Assembly: GCA_963805975.1 (NCBI GenBank) | Contig: CAWDVR010000001.1 | Location: 1,455,911 to 1,519,910, forward strand | Source: an uncultured Acidobacteriota bacterium | GTDB taxonomy: Bacteria; Acidobacteriota; Thermoanaerobaculia; Multivoradales; SZUA-115 | Length of the DNA stretch: 64,000 nt | Reading direction: 5' to 3' | In this document: positions 41,481-52,500 of the stretch, in pieces | How positions within the stretch are numbered: the first letter of the stretch is position 1 | Layout: every line of letters begins with the position of its first letter | Program-made: the position numbers and the translations under genes | Notes under the pieces: model-generated | Told to the model about the DNA's origin: nothing | Database searches by the model: none | The model's input: only the letters and a program-made list of their open reading frames with translations

Positions 41481-41549
41481 GCCGGGCCCCCGATGGTTAG
41501 GACCCTGGGTTCTTGGGTCGCCGCAGGATATTCGGGCCGGCCGGAGGAG

Positions 41550-42566
41550 TCAATCGTGCGGTCGGAAGGCGTGGAACGAGAGGAGCTGCGGGTCGTCGCT
41601 GCTCCAGACCGGGCTGGCCGGGTACTCCTCGGTCGTTTGCGTCAGGCCCTCCCCGCTCACCTGCAGACGCAGCACGTAGCCACCCACCGCCGGCAGGGAG
41701 TAACCGGTCTCCGGGTCCAGCCGCCGCGGCCAGCCCACCAGGTGCCGCGACTGGAGGTGGGTGTCGCCGCTGACGATCCGCCACTCCGGGATCCCGATCT
41801 TCGGCAGCAGCGCGGCCGCCGGCAAGGGACGCCTGAAGCTCACCCAGAGCTCCCGGGCCACCGCCGCTCCCGGCGGCTCGAAGCGGACCGTCCAGGTCTC
41901 CCCTGCCGCCTGGTCTTCCTCGCGGCCCGGGTCGTAGGCCAGCCGCGCGAAACGCTCCTCCACCGCCCGGCGCGTGAAACCGGCCCGGGCCACGGCGGCC
42001 AGACCCTCGACCAGCCGCGCGGTCTCCTCGGCACCGCGGACCGGGATCGCGAACTCGGGCTCCTGGGAGTACCAGGACAAGGCGAAGCTGCCGCCGAGAG
42101 CGGGGTCGGTCAGATAGAGGTCACCGAACCGCGACACGGGCCGGCCGAAACGAACGAGCGCCCGCGGTGCGGGGAAAGACGCCGCCAGCAGGCGGCGACA
42201 GGCCTCCCAGCCGGACGTGAACCGCAACGTGTAGCTGCCGAGCGCCGGGTCCTCGACCTCCGTGGGGTCCTGGTGGAAGACGTCGATCGAGAGCTCCACG
42301 CGCGCCCGGGCCACGGCCGGCGACGGCGCGCTCGCCTCCAGCGGCCCGACGGCCTCCTCCCACTTCGCGCGGTCGCGAGGGAGCGGACCGATGATGGCCT
42401 CGAGCTCCGACAGGCGGCGTGGCGGCTGGGCGATCAGAGCCGCGACCACGGCGGCCGGATCGGTGGGCGGCTGGGTGGCGGGCCCGGCAGCCTGGGCGAG
42501 GCTCACGGCTCCACAAGCGATCAGCACCGCGAGCCCCAAGAACCGGCGAAACATGGTCGCCATCAT
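41550..42566 (-). CDS. hypothetical secreted protein
   Basis: GGAGG SD; signal peptide MFRRFLGLAVLIACGAVSLAQA; no family recognised. Confidence 0.7.
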   Translation of the reverse strand: MMATMFRRFLGLAVLIACGAVSLAQAAGPATQPPTDPAAVVAALIAQPPRRLSELEAIIGPLPRDRAKWEEAVGPLEASAPSPAVARARVELSIDVFHQDPTEVEDPALGSYTLRFTSGWEACRRLLAASFPAPRALVRFGRPVSRFGDLYLTDPALGGSFALSWYSQEPEFAIPVRGAEETARLVEGLAAVARAGFTRRAVEERFARLAYDPGREEDQAAGETWTVRFEPPGAAVARELWVSFRRPLPAAALLPKIGIPEWRIVSGDTHLQSRHLVGWPRRLDPETGYSLPAVGGYVLRLQVSGEGLTQTTEEYPASPVWSSDDPQLLSFHAFRPHD

Positions 42567-42652
42567 AGAACCTCCATTGCAGCTCCCTTGCCTTTCGACA
42601 CCTCCAGCCGGTGCTCGGAAACCGAGAGCACGACGACCGGCCCGCCTGCGCG

Positions 42653-45255
42653 TCAGGAAGGTCGCCTCGTCGGTCGTCTCTGCGGCTGGGCAGTCCACGG
42701 ATCGAGCGGCCAGGCGTGCTTGGGGTAGCGGCCGGCCAACTCTTTGCGCACCTGGGGGTAGACGCTGGCCCAGAAGCTCGCGAGGTCCTGCGTCACCTGC
42801 TGCGGCCGGCCGTTGGGCGCCAGAAGATGGAGCAGCACCGGCACCCGGCCGGCGGCGACGCGCGGCGTCTCCGCCAGGCCGAAGAGCTCCTGGATGCGCG
42901 CCGCGAGCACCGGCGGCTTGCCCTCCTCGTACTGGAGCCGGATGCGGCTGCCGCTCGGCACCGGCAGGCGCTCGGGCGCCTCACGCTCGACCGCCGCGAG
43001 CTGCGGCGCCGTGAGCAAGCCTTGCAGGATCTCGAGCCAGGGCAGGCGGCGCAGCTCCTCGAACGAGCGCTTGCCCGCGGAGAGCCCCGGCAGGAGCGGG
43101 CGGAGCTCCTCGATGGTGAAGGCCGGAAGTGCCAGCTCCGGCATCCAGCCGCGGAGGCAGCGGAGCCGCGCGATGAACCCGGCCAGCTCGCCCTCGTGCG
43201 AGGCCGCCAGGCGGTCGAGGGCTTCGCCCGCCGCCGACGCCAGCAGCTCGGCCGCGGCCTCGGCCGGCGCCGGCACTTCCTTCTCTTCCAGCACCAGGTC
43301 CCAGGCGCGCCGTCGCTCCACGGCGACCACCCGCTCGCGCCCGGCGTCGAAGACGGTCTCGACCGTGTGCGTCACGGCCTCGGGTCCGAGGTCCACGAGC
43401 CACTCCGGCTCCACGGCCGAGGCCATCCGCACCAGGGCCTCGGCGCGCTCGCCCCGTGCCCCGGCGTCGATCTCCAGGCAGAGAAACAGCTCGGCCGCGG
43501 TGACGCCGCTCTCGGCAGCCAGGCGCACCCCCCGGCCGCCCACCATGACCCCGCGCGGGCTTCCCGGCTCCCGCCGCCGCGCGAGGCGGTCGGGGAAGGC
43601 GGCGAGGAGGGCACGATAGAGGCCCTCACCCCGGCCCTCTCCCGCAAGCGGTAGAGGGCGCCCCCGCACACCCGCGGAACCGGTAAGGCGGCTCTCTTCC
43701 GGCCCCCTCGCCCCGCGGGAGCGGGGAGAGGGCTGGGGTGAGGGGCGCTCTACCCACCCCGCGAGCTGGTCCCGCACCTGGAGCACCTGGCGCGCTCCCC
43801 CGGCCCGCAGCCCTTCGCCCGCGCGGCCCGAGCGCTCGAAACGATCGAGCGCCAGGACCCGGTCCTCGAGGTCCGAGCGTGTGGTAGGAGCCGTGCTCCC
43901 GGCCCGCCGCTCGAACGGCGAGCGCTCGGAGAGGAGCGCCGCCGCAAGCGCCGCCTCCCGCGCACAGCCCTGCTGCTCGCCGGACAGCAGCAGGCGCCCG
44001 AGCCGGGGATGGAGAGGCAGCCTGGCCAGGCGCCGGCCGAGCGCGGTCAGGCCCCGCGGGCCGGTGGCGCCCAGCCGCGCCAGCAGCTCGAGCGCCTGTT
44101 CGAGGCGTCCGCGCTCCGGCGCCTCGAACCAGCCGAAGGCGAAGAGGTCGGTCTCGCCCCAGGCGAGGAGCTGGAGCGCCGCGCCGGCGAGGTCCACGCG
44201 CCGTACCTCCGGCGTCGAGCGCCGCGGCATCGAGGCCTGCTCCGCCACCGTCCACAGCCGCAGGCAGCGCCCCGGCCCCTGGCGCCCCGCCCGGCCGGCC
44301 CGCTGCTCGGCGGAGGCCTGCGAGATCCGCGTCACCCGCAGCCGGTCGAGCCCGCAACCGGGATCGTGCTCGAGGATGCGCGCCAACCCGGAGTCGATCA
44401 CCGCCGACACCCCTTCGATCGTCACCGAGGTTTCGGCCACGTTGGTCGAGAGCACCACGCGGCGAATCGCGCCGGGCCGCAAGGCCTCGTCCTGCCGCTC
44501 GGGTGCCAGGTCGCCGTAGAGGGGCACGATCTTCACCCCGTGCGCCGCAGCCAGCTCGGCGAGGGCCTCGGCCGAGCGCTCGATCTCCCGCACGCCCGGC
44601 AGGAAGACGAGGAGATCGCCCGCGGTCTCCCCCAGCAGCCGCCGCGCGGCCGAAGCGACCTGCGCCGGCAGGGGCCGGTCGTCCGGCCGCGGCAGGAGCT
44701 CGACCGCTACGGGAAACTGCCGCCCGGCGCTCGCCACCACCGGCGCGCCGCCCAGGAACCGCGCCACCGGCTCCACCTCGAGCGTGGCGGACATGGCGAC
44801 GATCGCGAGATCCGGCCGCACTTCCTGCCGTACCTTGCGCGCCATGGCCAGCGCCAGGTCACTCGCCAGGTTGCGCTCGTGGAGCTCGTCGAAGACCAGC
44901 GCGCCGACGCCGGTCAAGAAAGGATCGGCGTCGAGCAGGTTCGAAGCCACGCCTTCGGTGACCACCAGCACCCGGGTCTCGGCCGAGGCGACCCGCTCGA
45001 AGCGCACCTGGTAGCCCACCTCGCGGCCGAGCGTCCAGCCCTGCTCGAAGGCGATCCGCGTGCAGCGGCCCGCGCGGCGACCCGGCGCGGCTCGACCACG
45101 ATCACCTGGCCTGCGACCTGCCGGGCCAGGGCCGGAGGCACCCGGGTCGTCTTGCCGGCACCGGGCGGCGCCTGCACCACGGCAGCGCCTCGACTCGCCA
45201 CCGCGGCCAGGACCTGAGGCAGGACGTCGTCGATGGGCAAAGGGGCGAGCGGCAT
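42653..45255 (-). CDS. hrpB: ATP-dependent RNA helicase HrpB, frameshift near 45058
   Basis: [13 protein letters not shown] and [10 protein letters not shown] in one frame; [26 protein letters not shown] and GRYPKHAWP in the next. One base is missing. Confidence 0.9.
43623..43744. repeat. REP-like inverted repeat (CCCTCACCCCGGCCCTCTCCC type) inside the hrpB coding sequence
   Basis: CCCTCACCCCGGCCCTCTCCC...GGGAGAGGGCTGGGGTGAGGG; the reading frame is preserved. Confidence 0.75.
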
Positions 45256-45355
45256 CGGCTCCTCGTAACGATTCACATGCATCTTCGCCCATGTAGAAGT
45301 TGCGGTTCAGAGCGGACCGCGCGTTCCCGTTCTACGGGAGAAAGGAGACGTTACC

Positions 45356-45673
45356 TTGACCAGCGAAGACAGGGGATCGGAAAAGCTGCGCGACCGGTTT
45401 GGAGGCTGCACTCTCGAGCCCAAGGACCTGGAGGCCCTCGTCGTCAAGCTCGAGCGCCACGGGTTCCGCCTCAACGACTGGCTGATCAAAGGCCAGCCGC
45501 GGCCGGACTGGGTCACGGGCAGCATCGACGTGCCGCGGGCCGAGATCGGCAAGGCGATCCAGGTGCTCGCCGAAGTCGACGGCGTGCGCATCAACCTCGA
45601 CGGTTTCCCGATCGGCATTCCCTTCCCGGACATCTACCGGATCGGGTTCCGCGGCGTCGGTCAGCCGGGCTGA
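45356..45673 (+). CDS. small hypothetical protein (105 aa) with two G-x-P-x-P-D motifs; candidate radical SAM substrate or partner
   Basis: AAAGGAG SD before the TTG start; strong coding bias; 10-nt gap to the radical SAM gene. Confidence 0.75.
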   Translation: MTSEDRGSEKLRDRFGGCTLEPKDLEALVVKLERHGFRLNDWLIKGQPRPDWVTGSIDVPRAEIGKAIQVLAEVDGVRINLDGFPIGIPFPDIYRIGFRGVGQPG

Positions 45674-45683
45674 GGAGGCAGCG

Positions 45684-46727
45684 ATGGGGCCCACAGGCAG
45701 GTCGCGGATCCTCCAGATTCACCCCAGCCGCCTGTGCAACCTGCGCTGCTTGCACTGCTACTCCTCCTCAGGGCCGCAGGAGCGCGGCGAGATCCCGGCT
45801 TCGCTCCTGCGGTCCATACTCGCCGAGGCGACCGAGGAAGGGTACGGCGTGGCCGGGTTCTCGGGCGGCGAGCCGCTGCTCTATTCCGGCCTCGCCGAGG
45901 TGCTCGCCGAGGCCAAGGCGCTGGGCATGACCACCACCGTCACCTCCAACGGCATGCTGCTCGACGAGCGCCGCCTGGGGCGGTTGCAGGGGGTCACGGA
46001 CCTCCTCGCCATCAGCCTCGACGGCACCCCCGAGGCGCACGACCGGATGCGCAACCGCTCCGGCGCGTTCGAGCGCATGGCGGGCCGGCTGCCCGGTGTC
46101 CGCGCGTCCGGCATCCCGTTCGGGTTCATCTTCACGCTCACGCAGCACAACCTGGATCAGCTCCCCTGGGTCGCCTCCTTCGCGCTCCAGGAGGGAGCCG
46201 CGCTGCTCCAGATCCACCCGCTGGAGCTCGCCGGCCGGGCGGCCACCGAGCTCGCGGCCTCGCGGCCGGACACCACCGAGTCCTCCTGGGCCTTCGTGGC
46301 CGCGGCGAGCCTCCAGCAGTCGCTCGGCGACCGGCTGCGCATCCAGCTCGACCTCTTCAGCCGCGAAGCCTTGCGCGAGGCGCCGGACAGGGTCTTCGCC
46401 GGTGGCCCCGAGGCCGGCGCCCGAGGCCGGAAGCTCGGCGAGCTGCTGTCGCCGCTGATCCTCGAGCCCGATGGCACGCTGGTGCCGGTCGAGTACGGCT
46501 TCCCGCGCGCCTTCCAGCTCGGCAACGTCCATCGCATGAGTTTCGGCGCCTGTGCCGACCGCTGGCGCCGCGAGCTGGACGAGCCGTTCCGCGCGCTCTG
46601 CCGGGAAGAGCACACCGACCTCCTGGGCGTCGAGGCCCTGCCGCTCGCCAACTGGTACGAACGGCTCTCGCAGCGCGCACACCGCGGCGTGGGCTACGGC
46701 TTGGTGGGGTTGGGACAGACGGCTTGA
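45684..46727 (+). CDS. radical SAM enzyme
   Basis: CNLRCLHCY, FSGGEP, TSNG, ISLDG...HDRMR; GAGGAGG SD. Confidence 0.92.
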   Translation: MGPTGRSRILQIHPSRLCNLRCLHCYSSSGPQERGEIPASLLRSILAEATEEGYGVAGFSGGEPLLYSGLAEVLAEAKALGMTTTVTSNGMLLDERRLGRLQGVTDLLAISLDGTPEAHDRMRNRSGAFERMAGRLPGVRASGIPFGFIFTLTQHNLDQLPWVASFALQEGAALLQIHPLELAGRAATELAASRPDTTESSWAFVAAASLQQSLGDRLRIQLDLFSREALREAPDRVFAGGPEAGARGRKLGELLSPLILEPDGTLVPVEYGFPRAFQLGNVHRMSFGACADRWRRELDEPFRALCREEHTDLLGVEALPLANWYERLSQRAHRGVGYGLVGLGQTA

Positions 46728-46896
46728 TGCCGCTCAGCCGCGGGTGCCGGCCCCGCGCGCCGCCCAGAAGCAGAGCGTCACCAGCACCACCTCGGCCGCC
46801 AGCAGCCAGAAGAGCAGGGGTTTTGGAATGGTCGGGCCGCCGTTGCGCTAAGATTCGCCGGTTTCCCGATCAGACGGCTGGAAAGAGCCTACGAAC

Positions 46897-47457
46897 ATGG
46901 CCAAGAACGACGCGTCCCCACTGCCCGCCAAGACCGGCCTCGGCGCCTACCGCCAGGAGATCCGCTTCCTGGTCGCCTTCCTGCTCCTGCTGGGCCTCTC
47001 CTTCACCGTCATCTCCCTCAACTGGGTGAACGACCACGTCGTCGAGCCGTTCACCGCCGGCATCGCGCAGGTGAGCGGCTGGACCCTGAAGGCGCTCGGG
47101 CAGGACATCCGCATGCAGGGCACCATGATCCTCTCCGACCGCTTCTCGGTGAACATCAAGAACGGTTGCAACGGTGTGGAGACCATGCTGATCTTCTTCT
47201 CCGCCGTGCTCGCCTTCCCCGCCACCTGGAAGTCGCGCGCCGCCGGGCTCGGCCTGGGGCTCGCCGCCATCCAGGTCGTCAACCTGGTGCGGGTCGTGGC
47301 CCTCTTCCTGACCGGCGCCTACCTGCCGAGGCTCTTCGACACCTCCCACACCGTCGTCTGGCAGAGCCTGGTGATCCTCTTCGGCGTGCTGCTGTGGATC
47401 TTCTGGGCCAACCGCTACGCCGGCCCGCCGGCCGCCACCCCGGCGACCGCGGAATAG
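46897..47457 (+). CDS. xrtH: exosortase H-like membrane transpeptidase
   Basis: Catalytic Cys (NGCNGVE), Arg (NLVRVVALF) and His (SHTVVWQ); compact multi-TM protein. Confidence 0.85.
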   Translation: MAKNDASPLPAKTGLGAYRQEIRFLVAFLLLLGLSFTVISLNWVNDHVVEPFTAGIAQVSGWTLKALGQDIRMQGTMILSDRFSVNIKNGCNGVETMLIFFSAVLAFPATWKSRAAGLGLGLAAIQVVNLVRVVALFLTGAYLPRLFDTSHTVVWQSLVILFGVLLWIFWANRYAGPPAATPATAE

Positions 47458-47474
47458 GGCCCGGCCGCGAACCC

Positions 47475-48083
47475 ATGGCCCGGCGCGACAAGCCCGAAGC
47501 CACTCCGAGCGAAGCAGCGCCCGCCGGCGACCGCGGCGCCTGGGCGCTGCGGCTGATCCGCAACGTGCTCCTCTGGGCGATCCCGCTGTCGGCGCTGTGG
47601 TGGGCGGCGACGCCGTTCTACAACCGCTTCATCACCGTAGCCTCCGGCAACCTGCTGAAGATCGCCGAGAGCCCGAACGTGACCCGGCTGGTGCCTGCCG
47701 ACCCGCACTACATCTCGATCCAGCGGGACGACTTCCCGCCCGGCAAGCCCAACTACCGCGTGCGGGTGACCGATCTCCATTTCCATCTGGTGCTGCTCGG
47801 TGCCCTGTTCCTGGCGGTGCCCGGCGTGCCGCTCAAGGCGCGGCTCGGACCGCTCGGCTGGGCGCTCCTGGTGGCCGTCTTCTTCCACATCCTCGATCTC
47901 TTCTTCTGGGTCAAGTTCGCCTACGCCACCCAGCTCGGCGACTGGAGCACCGAGCACTACGGCGCCTTCGGGCAGAACTTCTGGGGCATGGCCAAGCACC
48001 TGACCGACCTGCCCTTCAAGCTCGCCCTCCCCCTGGCGCTGTGGGTGGGGTTCTACTACCGGAAGATCGTTCCCGCCCGGTAG
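47475..48083 (+). CDS. exosortase-associated membrane protein
   Basis: Four hydrophobic segments, ending LPLALWV; adjacent to xrtH. Confidence 0.6.
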   Translation: MARRDKPEATPSEAAPAGDRGAWALRLIRNVLLWAIPLSALWWAATPFYNRFITVASGNLLKIAESPNVTRLVPADPHYISIQRDDFPPGKPNYRVRVTDLHFHLVLLGALFLAVPGVPLKARLGPLGWALLVAVFFHILDLFFWVKFAYATQLGDWSTEHYGAFGQNFWGMAKHLTDLPFKLALPLALWVGFYYRKIVPAR

Positions 48084-48335
48084 TAGGCAGCAGACAGCAC
48101 CGTGCGCCCTCTTGGCGCCTGGTGCGCTAGCCAGTTCCACGCGCTCCTCGCTGTTCAACCCGCCTCGACCAGAATTTCCTAAACGGCGGATGCGCCGGCC
48201 GCGTCTATAGATGCATGACTGCTCACTGTAGACCTTAGTCGATCAACGAAGGAGTGAGATCCATCGGATCGATCGACGGGCCATCCGCCCGTAGGCCACT
48301 GGTGCGCCCTCGGGCCTCATCGAAAGGAGCTCGAA

Positions 48336-49391
48336 GTGAGAAAGTGCATCACTGCCGCAGTCTTCGCCTTGTGTACGGCACTCGGGGCACCAGAGGCAGG
48401 TGCCCAGCTCGACCTCAGCGCGGGCGAGAGCCTTCAGGACCTGCCGGCACGCCTGGTGGCGGAAGGGTGGCGCGAGGTGGCTCCCGGTTTCCTCCAGCGC
48501 CAGCTACCCGGCCAGCCCACCGAGACGCTCGCCTTCGCCAATGAGGGGCTCCAGCAGGCCGTGCAGCAACTGCGGAGCAGGCACGGCGCGCTGCTGCAGA
48601 CGTACCAGCAGAAGCCCACACCCGAGATGGCCCAGGCCCTTGCCGACTTGAGCGCCCAGATCGTCGAGATGGAGCGGACGCTGGTCCGGGGTCAGGTGGA
48701 AGGGTTACCGATGGTGACGAACTGCGACATCGCCTTTGGCTGCAATGCAGCGGCCTATCCGCTGACGACCGGGAGCCGGGGAGTGGGAGCCAACTCTTCC
48801 TCCTACTTCTTCAACAACTGCAGCTACCAGGCGACGGCCTACGCCGACTCCTACGGCTACACCGCGAGCGGCTCCAGCTTCCAGAGCAACTCTCAGAACG
48901 GCGCCAACGTCAGCAAGTCGGCGTCGATCAGCGTCGGTGGAGGGCCCTCGTGCTTCTCGGACGCGGTGTCCTACGTGAGCTCTCCTGGTCTTAGCCTCTA
49001 CTACTCCTGCTATCAGTCCAACAGCAGTTGCCCATTGATTCCGCCGGGAGTGTCGATCAGCGGCCCCGGCGCGCTCTACATCTCCGGATATGCCTGCCAG
49101 ACCGCGTACTGGTATGCGAACGCCTCCGGCGGCACCCCGCCCTACTCCTACAGCTGGACGGTCTATGGCTATGGCGCCGGCACCGGAAGCTCGACCTCGA
49201 TGACGTTCTGCGGCTCGGGCTCGACCTACACGGACTACGTCCCGGTTGCCGTCGATCTGTACGACTCGGCGAGCGGCTACGCTTCCAATTCGTTCTCCAC
49301 GACGATCTACTACTCGGGCGGCGGTGGTGGCTGCTACGAGTACGGGGCCGAGGACGGAGCGAAGATGAGACCCATAGAACCCTGCTACTGA
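48336..49391 (+). CDS. secreted Cys/Ser/Tyr/Gly-rich protein with Ig-like segment
   Basis: AAAGGAG SD; signal peptide; helical N-domain; ASGGTPPYSYSW motif. Confidence 0.8.
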   Translation: MRKCITAAVFALCTALGAPEAGAQLDLSAGESLQDLPARLVAEGWREVAPGFLQRQLPGQPTETLAFANEGLQQAVQQLRSRHGALLQTYQQKPTPEMAQALADLSAQIVEMERTLVRGQVEGLPMVTNCDIAFGCNAAAYPLTTGSRGVGANSSSYFFNNCSYQATAYADSYGYTASGSSFQSNSQNGANVSKSASISVGGGPSCFSDAVSYVSSPGLSLYYSCYQSNSSCPLIPPGVSISGPGALYISGYACQTAYWYANASGGTPPYSYSWTVYGYGAGTGSSTSMTFCGSGSTYTDYVPVAVDLYDSASGYASNSFSTTIYYSGGGGGCYEYGAEDGAKMRPIEPCY

Positions 49392-49403
49392 GCCTCACCG
49401 TCT

Positions 49404-49440
49404 GGCGGAGCTTCCACTTCAGGAGCTCCGCCCCCTTTTT
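49404..49440 (+). terminator. rho-independent terminator
   Basis: GGCGGAGCTTCC-loop-GGAGCTCCGCC followed by CCCTTTTT. Confidence 0.7.
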
Positions 49441-49558
49441 GCTCACAACTGGCACAGCGGCAAGGACTTCCGACCACAACATCTTGTGGTCTCCACGTTT
49501 CGAGCCTCAACCTCTTGTACCTCGCTCCCGCCTCTGCTAAGGTCGCTCGCCTCCAGCC

Positions 49559-52500
49559 ATGCTACGCCTAGAACGCATCGACTTAAGCGGGTTCAAGTCC
49601 TTCGTCGAGCCGGTAGGCCTCAACTTCCACGGCGGGATCACCGCCATCGTGGGCCCCAACGGCTGCGGCAAGAGCAACATCTCCGACGCCATCACCTGGG
49701 TGCTCGGCGAGCAGAGCGCCAAGAGCCTGCGCGGCGACCGGATGGAAGACGTGATCTTCACCGGCTCCGAGCGCCGCGCGCCGCTCGGTATGGCCGAGGT
49801 GACGATGACCCTCGCCACCGACCCCTCCTCCGAGCTCGCCGAGGAAGGGCGGATCACCATCGCCCGCCGGGTCTTCCGCAGCGGCGAGTCCCAGTACCGC
49901 ATCAACGGCAAGCTGGTGCGCCTCAAGGACGTCAAAGACCTGCTCATGGACACCGGCCTCGGCATCCGGGCCTACTCCGTGATCGAGCAGGGCAAGATCG
50001 GCATGATCCTCTCCGGCAAGCCGCAGGAGCGCCGGCGGCTGCTCGAAGAGGCGGCGGGCGTCACCCGCTACAAGACCCGCAAGCGCGTGGCCGAGATGAA
50101 GCTCGAAGAGGCCAGCGCCAACCTGCTGCGGCTGGACGACATCGTGTCCGAGGTGGAGCGCGCCATGCGCTCGCTCAAGCGCCAGGCCTCGGCCGCGGAG
50201 CGCTACCAGGAGCGCGAGGCCGAGTACCGCGAGCTCCTGGTGCGGGTGATGACCGGCCGCTGGAGCCGCCTGCAGTCGCGGCTCGCCGACCTCGCGGCGC
50301 GGCTCGGCGCCGCCGTCGACCAGGAGACCGAGCTGGCGGCGACGGTCACCCGCGACGAGGCCGAGCTGGCCGCCGGCCGCGAGACGCTCGAGCGCCAGGC
50401 CAAGGCCCTGGCCGACGAGCACGAGCGCCACACCTCGCTCGGCGCCCGCATCGAAGGGCGCCAGGAGTTCCTGAAGGTCAACCGGGTCAACCTCGGCGAG
50501 GTCGGCGAGCGCATCACCGCCGGCCTCGAGCTGGCCGCACGGCGGGAGACCGAGATGGAGGGCCAGCGCGCCCATCTCGCCTCACTGGCCGGCCGCCGGC
50601 TGGAGCTCGCCGCCGAGCTCGACGGTGCCAAGAACGCCGCCGGCGAGGGGCGCCAGCTCCTGGCCTCGGCCGAGGAGCAGCTCGGCGCCTCCTCGGCACG
50701 GCTCGAAGAGCGCCGCCGCGAGCTCTTCGCCGCCACCGCCGAGGGCAACGGCCTGCGTGGCCGGTTGCAGCAGGAGCAGATCGAGCTCGAGCGCCGCAAC
50801 TTCCGCCAGACCCACCTCGCCACCGAGCTCGAGCGCTACCAGTTCGAGGTGAAGCAGTCGCAAGAGCAGCTCGAGATGGCACGCGAGGCCGTGGGCGCGC
50901 TCGAACGGCGCGGCGCCGAGAAGGAGTCCGAGCTCGACGGCATGAAGCGCGCCGTCGAAGAGACGATGCGCCGCGAGGCGGCGGTCACCGAGCGCCGCCG
51001 GACGGTCGAGGCCGAGCTCGCGACCGCCCGCCAGCGCCGCCAGACGCTCACCGAGCTGGCCGAGGCCCACAGCCGCGGTCGCGCCGGCCTGGAGGAAGCG
51101 CTCGCCGCCGCCGGCATAGCCCATCCGAGCTATCTCGAAGAACGCCTCGAAGCCGCCGCCGGCTGGGAGCGCAGCCTGGACTTCTACCTGGGCTCGCTCG
51201 CCGACGCGGTAGTGCTCGAGCCGGGTGCCTCGGCTCTGGAGCTGGCGCGCGCCTTCGCCGACGGCCGCACCGGCGCCACTCTCCTCACCCCGATCGAGGC
51301 CGCGCCCGAGGCGTGGCCGCAGGTCGAGGACGCGGCCCTGGCACTGCCCCTGTCGCAGGCGCTGGGCCTGCCGCCCGAGCTGGCCGCCGCCCTGCCTCCG
51401 GCGTACCTGGTCGACCGCGCCACAGACGCCGAGCGGCTGGCGCGGCGGTATCCCGGAATCGCCTTCCTGAGCCCGGACGGGGTCTGGGCCCAGGGTGGCC
51501 TGGTGCACGTCGAGGGCCGCGAGGCTCTGCCCGGCGTGCTCGAGCGCGAGCGCGAGCTGGCCGGCCTCGGGGCGCGGCTGCCCGGCCTGGAGCTGTCCCT
51601 GGCGGAGGCCATCGAGGCCCTGGAGGCGACGATCGCCGAGCGCGCCCATCGCGCGAAAGAAGCGCACCGCGTGGAAGGCGAGCTGACGCAGCTCCGCCAG
51701 GAAGCGGCGGTGGCCACGGCGCGGCGCCAGGACGCCGAGGAGCGCCATCGGCGGCTGGCCCTGGAGCTGGGCGCGGTGGCCGACGAGCGCACCGAGGTCG
51801 AGCGCCAGCTCCACCTGGTGATCGAGCGCCGCGGTGCCGTGCTCTCGGACCTCGAGCGCTGCGAGACGCGCCTGGCCGAGCTGCAGGCGGCTTTCGACCT
51901 CGCGCAACGCGATCTCGACGCGGCCAAGGGCGAGAAGGAGAACCTGCGCGCCGACACCGCGAGCCGGCTGGGCCGGCTGGAGCTCCTGGCCGAGCGGCTC
52001 GCCGCGCACGACCGCGAGACCCGCCGGCTCGAAGGCGAGATCACCGACGGCGAGCGCCAGGTCAAGCTGTGGCGCGACGAGGCCGAGCGCCTCACCCGCC
52101 GCCGCGCCGAGCTCGAGGCCGCGACCGAGCAGGCCGAGGGTGAGCTGCAAGCCTTTCTCGAAGAGCGCGCCTCGTCCGAGGACGCCGTGCTCACGGCCCA
52201 GGAGCGGCTGGATGAGGGCCGCGCCACGGTGCGGTCCCTCGAGGAGCGAATCGCTGCCGCGCGCGGCGGGCACGCCGAGGCGCGGAGCACGGTCGAAGAC
52301 CTGCGCGTGACGCAGGCCGGTGCCCGGCAGGAGGCCGAGCACCTCTCCGGCGCCTTCCGCGAGCAGCTCGCGCAGGAGGCGCCGCCCGAGCCCGGCGAGG
52401 CGCCCTCCGACCTGGTCGAGATGGAGACCGATCTCGCGCGGCGCAAAGAAGTGCTGGAGCGCATGGGGCCGGTCAACGCGCTGGCGGTGGTGGAGCACGC

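Noticed and set aside
41481-41549. PyrR-binding attenuator upstream of pyrR
   Set aside because: Short spacer with no recognisable PyrR binding loop or terminator.
45050-45070. hrpB frameshift as a regulatory feature
   Set aside because: Adding one C restores AARRIA; there is no other sign of decay.
48159-48335. Riboswitch upstream of the secreted Cys-rich protein
   Set aside because: Only short inverted repeats (GTCGATC/GATCGAC); no aptamer consensus recognised.
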